A stretch of DNA of 64,000 bases from the NCBI RefSeq assembly GCF_009914755.1, contig NC_060938.1; one strand, 5' to 3'. The position numbers and the translations under genes were made by a program. The notes under the pieces were generated by a model that was not told the origin of the DNA, searched no databases, and worked only from the letters and a program-made list of their open reading frames with translations. Source of the DNA: the human T2T-CHM13v2.0 reference genome, Homo sapiens. Positions 53,904 through 64,000 of this stretch are shown here, in pieces. How positions within the stretch are numbered: the stretch's first letter is position 1; every line of letters starts with the position of its first letter.

Positions 53904-55609
53904 AAATTATTTGGTAACCTAGGACATGAACATGAAGAGGGGAGAAAGGCAAGGGTGCCCAGGAGATGACCTCAGGCCAGAAAAGGCCGGTCACAACGCA
54001 TTAGACCCATGGCCTCCGAATAGAGACTAAAGCTGCTGGGCGAAAGGGCCAGCTGGCCAAGTCCAACAAAAGACTTGAAGGACTATCCTGTGCACCTTGA
54101 CTGAGCAACAAGGGCCAGTCCCCAAGCTGAGAGAGCCTGCAGGACAGCTCCAGCCCCATTGCCCATGTTCCTCTCAGGATCCCGTTTCATGGTGCCAGGA
54201 AATGTTCCAAAGAACCCACAGATTTAAAGGAAGGAGCTCTAGTTGATCACATGATTATCCAGTGTGTAAGAAGTAGGTCTCAGTGGAATCTGGGTTTCAC
54301 AGGCCCAATGTGATCTGATGATCTATGTGAGAATATTCTGGATCCTATCTTGTCTTAGTCATGATAAGTGCTCAGAGACTTTTTCCTCAGTTGTTCCCGG
54401 TTGGTCCTTACTTGGCCACCTATGCAATCCTTACCCACCATTTCCTCTGGATTTTATAGGAGATCTAGCCCTAGCCCCTGAGTTTCCATTTCAATGAAAA
54501 GTTTATATTGTACAAGTAATACAATGTGGTGTTTAAAAAATGTTTTTAAACAAGTACAGGTGTTTAAAATGAAGAGTGAAAGTTCTTCCTGTAATCTCAT
54601 CCTTCGGAGATAATCCCTGGTAATGGGGTCAACTACTTCATTTAAAGATGTGGATACTAGGCTTCAGAGAGGTGAAGTCAAGCAGTCATTCTGTAGCAGA
54701 GCAAGAGCAGGGGTCCCTGACCCCGTCGCCCAGTGCTCTTTCCACCCCCTCCTCTGTGCAAGAGGCCTCTCCCAGCACCTCAGGCCATTAGGAGCTTTTT
54801 GATGCCATCAACAGGGAGGTGACTAACCCATTCCTCATGTTCCCAAAACCTGAAGCCACACCTCAACCCCAGATTCTTCCAGATTACAGGGAACACATCC
54901 TGTGGCTGATTCCTCCTCCGCCTCCCTGGTCTTTATAGCCATCCATCATCATCACAAGGCTTCACTTTTCTGAATCTGGTTCTCAATGAGGAAAGCAGAA
55001 TTGTGTGGGCTTCATAACTGTTGGCCGGCTGCGGTCAGTGGGAGGAGCAACTGCAGCCATCTTGGAAAATGCCTTAGGAAGAGTCAAGAGGGTGAAGCAG
55101 GTTGGGTTATGGCCCTAGGAGAGCCTACTGGGCTATTCTGAGAGTTCTCCTAAGGGCCTTTTCACTTTTCCCTAATATTTCTGGAGACTCAAGCCTACCG
55201 GTGGTTGTCATATCTTTCTATAACATACAGTCTAATGATGGGGTGGGGAGTGGGTAGAGTTGTAGAATTAAATATCCTCAATTTCCAAGTAATGGGGGAG
55301 AATCCCGGAGCAGTTTGGTTATAGAGGCAACACTAACAACAGCACCCACAGCAAACTTAGAGGTTTAACAGCAAAAGTGGAGGTTGAAGCTTCAGGATGT
55401 GTTTTGTTGTTCACTAGTGAAGAGTCTCGCTTAGCCCCTTCACGGTATGTGCAGAGTCCTAGTACAACAATAAGTATCATTATATTATCTGCATTAAGCA
55501 TCAAACATGTGCCAGGCACCAGGATTGGTGTTCCACATAAATTACCGTATCCAATCTACTCTAGCAGAAGGTGTTATTATCATCTCCATGTTATAGATGA
55601 AGAGATTGA

Positions 55610-55778
55610 GGCCACCAGGCATGGTGGCTCACACCTGTAATCCCAACATTTTGAGACTTTGTAAGCCCAGCCACTTTTGGGGCGGGAGGACTGCTTGAGC
55701 CCAGGAGGTCGAGGCTGCAGTGAGCCGTGTTTGCGCCACTACTGTATTCCAGCCTGGGTGACAGAGCAAGACCTGTCT

Positions 55779-55812
<34 letters not shown>

Positions 55813-55820
55813 AGAAAAGA
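55610..55820 (+). mobile_element. Partial AluJ/FRAM inserted in a MIR
   Basis: Short left part, J-type right arm, long A-tail; MIR motifs on both sides. Confidence 0.85.
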
Positions 55821-58800
55821 AATTTAGACTCAGAGAAGTTATCCAAGGTCACACAGCCAGTTGCTGATAGAGGCAGATTTCCAATCCAGGTTGATGTGAT
55901 TGCAAAGTCTGAGAGTTTGTAAATATAAATGCAGGCCTGGTGTCAAATCTTGGCCTATATTCACCACATTCTGAGACGCGGCTTGTTGAGGAAGGTGAAG
56001 ACAGCTAAGGTGAGGACTGGTTTTCCACTCTGCACCCCAGCAAGTGGAGGCTGAGCAGGGCTGTCCACGGCTGCTATGTTGGGTAGACCTTGTGGGGATA
56101 CCATAGTCCCTGAAAACATGACAAGTGCAGACTCAGCTGGGTTTGGGAGTCTGTTATTCAGCCTGGCTGATTTATTAATTTTATGTTTAATCCCCTCTTC
56201 CCCTAGAAAAATGATCTCCACCTTTTTTGAAACCCTTTGCCAATAGTTCTGTTGACTGTAGTAATGTATACTGACCACAGCAATTGATAAAGAAATAAAG
56301 GTTTTGTCAGATCTCAGGGTGGAAGGAAGCTGAGGGGCTAGGAATCACTAAGAGAGACCCAGCCAGCTGGGAAGTAATTCCAGAGTAGCCGAGAGGCCAG
56401 AGTGGTTTTTGTTTTTTTTTTTTTTTCTTTTGCCATTTTAAAATTCGTGTCAGTAAAGCTAGGTTCTCCATGTGCCTCTCTGAGGAACCTCTTGCTTTTT
56501 AAGCTTAGTCTGAATCTCCTCTGTATTTGCCATGCCATTGTTGGAAGAGACCTTAATTTTAATTCTTTTCTTTTCTGTGGGCCCCTCCCTCCTCCCCAAA
56601 TGTTTCAGCATCTGTTAATCCCAGCTGGAAACCTCAGCAGATAAAAGTCCTGTTCTATGTAGATTGCTTCCAGAACAAATACAGGGTGGTAGATAATTCA
56701 ACGTTCAGTTTCAGGAGGGTTTAGGGTGGGGGCTGCAGAGGACAGCACCTCTTCCTCAGAAGACATCCGGTGAAAGCCAAAGGAAAGTAATTCCCAAGCT
56801 CAGATGGAATGCATGTAGATCAGGTTCATTTCCAGAACCGCTGCTGCCTGCATTGAGGTGATATTAGAAGCCACCATGACAGCAAAGTAGTTTTATGCAT
56901 AGCGGCTTAGTGGACACTTTGAGAACTAGTTTAGTGAAGCTATCAGGTTGAAAAATACCAAGTCACAAAGTTTTAATGAAACTAAGTGTGGATCAACGTA
57001 TCATAAAGAGCATCCAGGACGACTTAAAAGATCCTTGGGTGGAAATTAGAATGGATCTTCGGGATTTATTTGGCAAAGCTGTCTATTTTGACCTTTTCCC
57101 ATTTCATATTAAGGCTACTGAAAGTGTGTTTTGTTTGGCTGAGGCTGGAGGAGGACAGCAGCCACTGGTGCCGTTACACTGATGCTGCCAGTGAAGTTTA
57201 GCTGCATTAATTGACTGATAAGAGCCTGGGCCTCAAATAGCAGAGAGAAAGGCCATCGGAGATTTTCTTGCTTTATTTCTCTCTGCACTTCATTTACATC
57301 TTAAGCCATATTGGTGATCCAGATTTGAATAAAGCCACAGCTTAAGCAGTGATTAGATCTCAGTAGCTTGGATTTCTATGAAATTGCTGCATTTTTACTA
57401 GATGTATTTAGAAATACTGGTGAAAACTGACACCTTGGGTAACTTTATCATTTAAAACGGAGCTCTGAGTGGATAAAAACCCCCAGCTAAAATGGGGATA
57501 TTAGTTGCCAGGCCTTTGACTCAAGTAGTGTCAGGGGTTAGAATTAGACAAAAGACAAGCTCAGCATGACTTGAACAAGAAAGAACGCAGATAAGTCAAC
57601 CTACCACCTTCTTATAAGCCTCCTCTCCCCAAAAATGTTAATCGAAGCAGTGATCCCATCACCTGAAGAAAAATAAGGAAGCTGCAACGAATATATAATG
57701 CAGCAAGGAGCTTTTTTTATTGTGAGGTTTTTTTTTTAATCATAAAGCAATATTTTTAACTCTAAGGTTAACCTGCTAATCCTTAAGCTGGTGATATGAC
57801 AGTGTCAAATGTGATGGGATTTTGTGATTCTCATTATTGTTATGTATTGTTCTTTCCCTGGCATTCCATATTAATATTTATAAATGCCCTTTTTATAGAA
57901 ACAAGAGGACCAAACCCCATTATTAATTTTTTAAAATGGACAAACCTCGCATCCAATATAGTTGATTACAGTTTAGAACAAAAAGGATTTCGTTCGGTAG
58001 TAATCCACTTCTTGTTTCTCATTGTTGTTGATTTGTGTAGACAGCAGAGCTCCTGACGGTATTTTTTTTTTAAACTACTGTTTGCACAAAGTAACATCCA
58101 AATGACAGAGAATAACAGAATGTTGATTGCACTCCACAAGGAGGAGGCAGAAAACCACCCTGTGCAGGTAAGAGGGCATAATGGAGAAAAGGTGAGTGCT
58201 TCAAGTACGAAAGTCACCCACCAAGAGCAACGGCAAGATGAAAGAATCGATTAAAATGTTTAAAAGAGGAGGTTGTTCATTCAGTTGTTCTCAACTGCCT
58301 CATTTTACTTGACAAGTGGCCTCAGAAGGGTTCAGTGGGCATCCATGTGTGTGAAGGAGGAAGTCTCCATAATAAAGAGAGGCAAATCAATCATTCCATG
58401 CCCTACCTATAGAGGAGAGTCAAAGTTGATGCCTAATCTACTCAGTCCGTTCTCTTTTAGCACCATGGGATGCAATCCAGAGTCAAAAAGGAGGAAAAAA
58501 GTCTCTTTGCTTAGAGACATTACTACGTTGCAAGATCTGGGTAGCTGAAGCCTTTAGCCCCAGTGAGGAATGTTTGTGGAAGGAAGATGTTTTCTGGCTG
58601 ACTGGCCTCATCACTCCTTCTGTCTCCGAAAGGACCTGCGTAACTCGTAATTAACAGGAGTGTGTAGGAATAATTGGTTGTGGTTTTGGGGAGGAGGTGA
58701 TTGGGTGGCCTGGTTTTGCTGAAGAGAAGTCAATGAGGAGAAAAGATAATATTTCTGCTCTTGAAGCCAAGAACTCAAAGCAGTGATAACAGATTATTAG

Positions 58801-58964
58801 AAATATCTCAACTCATCCTTTTGGAGAGAAGATGTTTTCATAGGGGATATTTTTATTCCTATTTATAATTTTCCCCCCTACTCAATACCTAAAGCCAGGG
58901 CTTCGGAATCAGATCTGAATTGAGTTCTGGCTCTTGCCCTTCCAACTGTATGATTATGAGCCTG

Positions 58965-59334
<370 letters not shown>

Positions 59335-60837
59335 TAGCACCTACTTCACACTGTTATGAGGATCAAATGAGATAACTCTATTTTGGACAGGACCTGGCAC
59401 ACAGTAAGCATGCAAGAAATGGTAGCTGTAATTAATACATTTATGACTTGGAGGTTTGAAACTCTGTTTCTTTCTGGATAATTTCCTCTGTTTTTCCTCT
59501 CCTTATTTGGGAATTGCAGCCCATGCATGTGGGTCTTTGGAACTCTAGGTTTGCACATGCAAAAAATAAACCAAGTGGGATATGTGGGGGCCTGGGTTGC
59601 TTGAGGAGTTCCAGGCTGTGTTTGGCCTTCTGGAATAAAGCACTTGGGCATTTGGTTTTAAACATATTGAAGGTGTTTTCCAATACCAATAAGGAAAGAG
59701 GAGCCAGAATTGATGGCTAGTGGTTCTGACAGTTATTCTATTAGAGTGCAGAGTTACGGCCACAGAAGGTAGTGTCTCAGCTCCCAGCTGAGTAGGATTG
59801 TATGTTCAAAGCAGCAACGGCGTAATCCAATTCCAATGAAACCCAAGTTTGGTGGAGCAATGAGAAGGCTATTCATCATGACCAATCTTTACAGAAACTG
59901 GCCTCGCCTTCTGGGGAAATGTGTCTTATGTTTCAAGCATGTGTAATGGCCTGGGTTTGCAATGTGGCCTTAGTTCAGAAAATATGCTAAGGATGAAGGC
60001 TTTCAGACTTCTCGAAAACTTGTCAGTCTCCCTCTCCGTGAATCCCTGAGTGCCCTGCTGTCTTTAAGCATCTTCATTTGAGTTTCTCCTAGAGGGACTC
60101 CTCCTGAGTACAGCTGGAGAGCTTTGCCACAGGCGCTTCTCTCCTCCTTTCCACAGAGGACCTCTCAAGCTTCCTTCACACTCTCCTCAGGCAGTTGGTG
60201 ATCTGAGTCAGTCTCATGGGCTTTCCTTGTTTTCCCTCGAAAACTTCCACCACCTCTCACTGCCCCAAAAAGGTTCTTCTCCCACTGACTTATCGGAATT
60301 TGCCTGTCCTCTGGTCCCTTTCCTCGGGAGGACCCTGAGGGAGCAAACCAGACCCTGGAGTGGAAAGCCCAATAAATGCTTGATCAGAATTGAATATGCA
60401 TGCTTGGTAGCTGGCACTAGCCTAGTGGAATGGTAACTTTTCCTCCGATAACATTTCCTTTCAGCCAAGCACCTTTGATGACCTTTTGTCCATTGACTCA
60501 GGCCACCGTGAGCTCCTGCTGTTGCTGCAGCAGCCTCCTGTGCAGTTGGAGCCTGACATCCCTTCCTCGGCTGTCCTTCCTTTCTCCTGCCCCCACTCCC
60601 AGGCTTCTGTCTCCACAGCCCTGGTGCATGCACACAAAACCCAGGAAATGTGAGAGTCAACACTCCAGAGCGAACTTTGACCAAAGGATGGAAGAGCCAA
60701 TAGGGGAAACCTCCCCTTTCCCATGCCTTTCAGTGGTTCCTCAGAAAGCCTCCCTGGGGGAACTCTCCCACTTGCCCATGGGAGTAACCAGCTCTGTAGC
60801 TCTGTAATGCACCCCTAAGTTGGCTTTCCCTTCCTCC

Positions 60838-61167
<330 letters not shown>

Positions 61168-61461
61168 TGATTCCCTCACACCAGACCCCTAGGATGGCTT
61201 ATCAAAATAAACCACTGACACACAGGCCGTCGGCTCAGACTGCCCTTTCTGGGAGAAGCCAAGGTAAGACCTTATTTTAAACGGAAGACTTCTTAAGAGG
61301 GCTTCCTGTCTCCACGGGTGGAATTTCCATACTGCAGGATACATGTTGGCATAGTGCACTTCCCCGAAGCCCCCAAAGCTACCAAGGCACGATCTCACAT
61401 GGCTTTCGTTCTGCTAGATTGTCAGGGCCTGCTTATTTGTTTATCTCCCACTTTATACTGA

Positions 61462-61715
<254 letters not shown>

Positions 61716-61934
61716 ACAGTGTCTCTTCTTTCTGTATCCCTGTGCCTAGTACACTGTCTGGCAAGCGGTAGATCCTTAAAAATATTTTTGATGGATGAAT
61801 GAATGAGGTGAATGCAAGCGAACCATGACTGTCCCCATGTAGGATATCACAGTTAACTATTTACTCTACTTAAACCCCACCTACATCCCCAAATAATTTA
61901 AACATAATACAACATAAAAATAATATAACAGAAT

Positions 61935-61969
61935 TACACTTGATCTTAGCCAAAAGGCCGAGAAGTGAT
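61935..61969 (-). pseudogene. Truncated U2 snRNA retropseudogene (U2 nt 1-35)
   Basis: Reverse complement ATCACTTCTCGGCCTTTTGGCTAAGATCAAGTGTA = U2 5' end with one CpG-type change; direct repeat TAACAGAATTA at 61926-61936 and 61972-61982. Confidence 0.93.
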
Positions 61970-62177
61970 TGTAACAGAATTAAGTTAAATTTCAAGGGAA
62001 GAAAGAAGAGACACACTGTCTCCTGGATATTTCCCCCAACACACACAAAGAACACTCAGTTTTGTCACTGCATATCCACATCAATGACACCCTCCAGTAT
62101 CATCATGGTTGAGCCCCTCACGGCGGCTACTGAGTAGTTGCACTCGCCTTGGTCCCTTTCTCCTGCTTTCCCAGTGA

Positions 62178-62581
<404 letters not shown>

Positions 62582-62657
62582 TGAGGCTTTAGGACTATTC
62601 AGATGCAGAGTGAGTAGGCACACAGTGCCCATATTTCACCTGAGCTCCCCATAATAG

Positions 62658-63311
<654 letters not shown>

Positions 63312-63344
63312 TAAATTTAGTTTCCTATTTAATTCAATTAGATT

Positions 63345-63643
63345 TTATTTATTTATTTTTTTCAAGACAGAGTCTTGTTCTGTAACCCAGGCTTATGCAG
63401 TGGCACAATCATTGCTCACTGCAGCTTTGACCTTTGGGGCTCAAGCAATCCTCCCACCTCAGCCTCCTAAGTTCCTGGAACTACAGGCATGCGACACCAT
63501 GCCTGGCTAATTTTTAAGAAATCTTTTGTAGAGATGAAGTCTCACCATATTGCCTAGGCTGGTCTCAAACTCCTGAACTCAAGCAGTCCTCCCGCCTTTG
63601 CCTCCCAAAGTGTTGGGATTACAGTAAGACACTGTGCCTGGCC
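63345..63643 (-). mobile_element. AluJ
   Basis: Reverse J-type dimer. Confidence 0.9.
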
Positions 63644-63775
63644 CTAGATGAGAAATAGAGCTTTTAGCAACATTTCTGCTACAAGAGTAGTATTTGCAGA
63701 GGAGTGAAGTTAAGTTTAATCTTGTATTGCCAAAAGCTATGATTTATCAGTTAAGATGATTTGATTGAAAGTAAC

Positions 63776-64000
63776 TGTATTAGGGTTCTCTAGAGGGACA
63801 GAACTAATGGGATATATGTATATATGAAGGGGAGTTTATTAAGGAGAATTGACTTACACAATCAAAAGTCCCACAATGAGTAGTCTGCAAGTTAAGGAGC
63901 AAGGAAGCCAGTGGTGGATCAGTTCAAGTCCCAAAACCTCACAAGTATGGAAGCTGACAGTGAAGCCTTCAGTCTGTGGCCAAAGGGCCGAGAGCTCCTG
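63776..64000 (-). mobile_element. MLT2A-type (HERV-L) LTR, runs off the window
   Basis: TGTATTAGGGTTCTCTAGAGGGACAGAACTAAT...GCCTTCAGTCTGTGGCCAAAGG. Confidence 0.88.

Noticed and set aside
56900-58300. Identifying this block as the Otx2 FM2 enhancer from its distance
   Set aside because: The distance relies on recalled coordinates and I recall FM2 as rodent-specific; kept only as an unnamed candidate

Overview
Human (primate) genomic DNA. From the exon translations I recognise it as the 3' end of TMEM260 (C14orf101, 14q22.3): the last three coding exons (666-719, 2277-2367, 13012-13266) and a ~2 kb 3' UTR on the + strand. About 48 kb of repeat-rich intergenic DNA follows; from recalled gene order it runs toward the 3' end of OTX2. 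The window holds two full-length, same-orientation L1s. One is a decayed L1PA4-like copy in the last TMEM260 intron. The other is an L1PA2-like copy with intact ORF1 and ORF0, and an ORF2 broken by a single extra A. Also present: an RPL36A processed pseudogene nested in an old L1, a 35-nt tailless U2 snRNA retrocopy, ~27 Alus, MIR/L2/MaLR/ERV LTR relics, several repeat-free homeodomain-site-rich blocks that look like developmental enhancers, and an unidentified coding-like relic near 41-44 kb. I see no convincing wholly new biological system. The best leads concern L1 evolution and structural risk to TMEM260, candidate enhancers, and DNA-repair scars. Repeat subfamily calls and consensus comparisons are from memory, not a database search.
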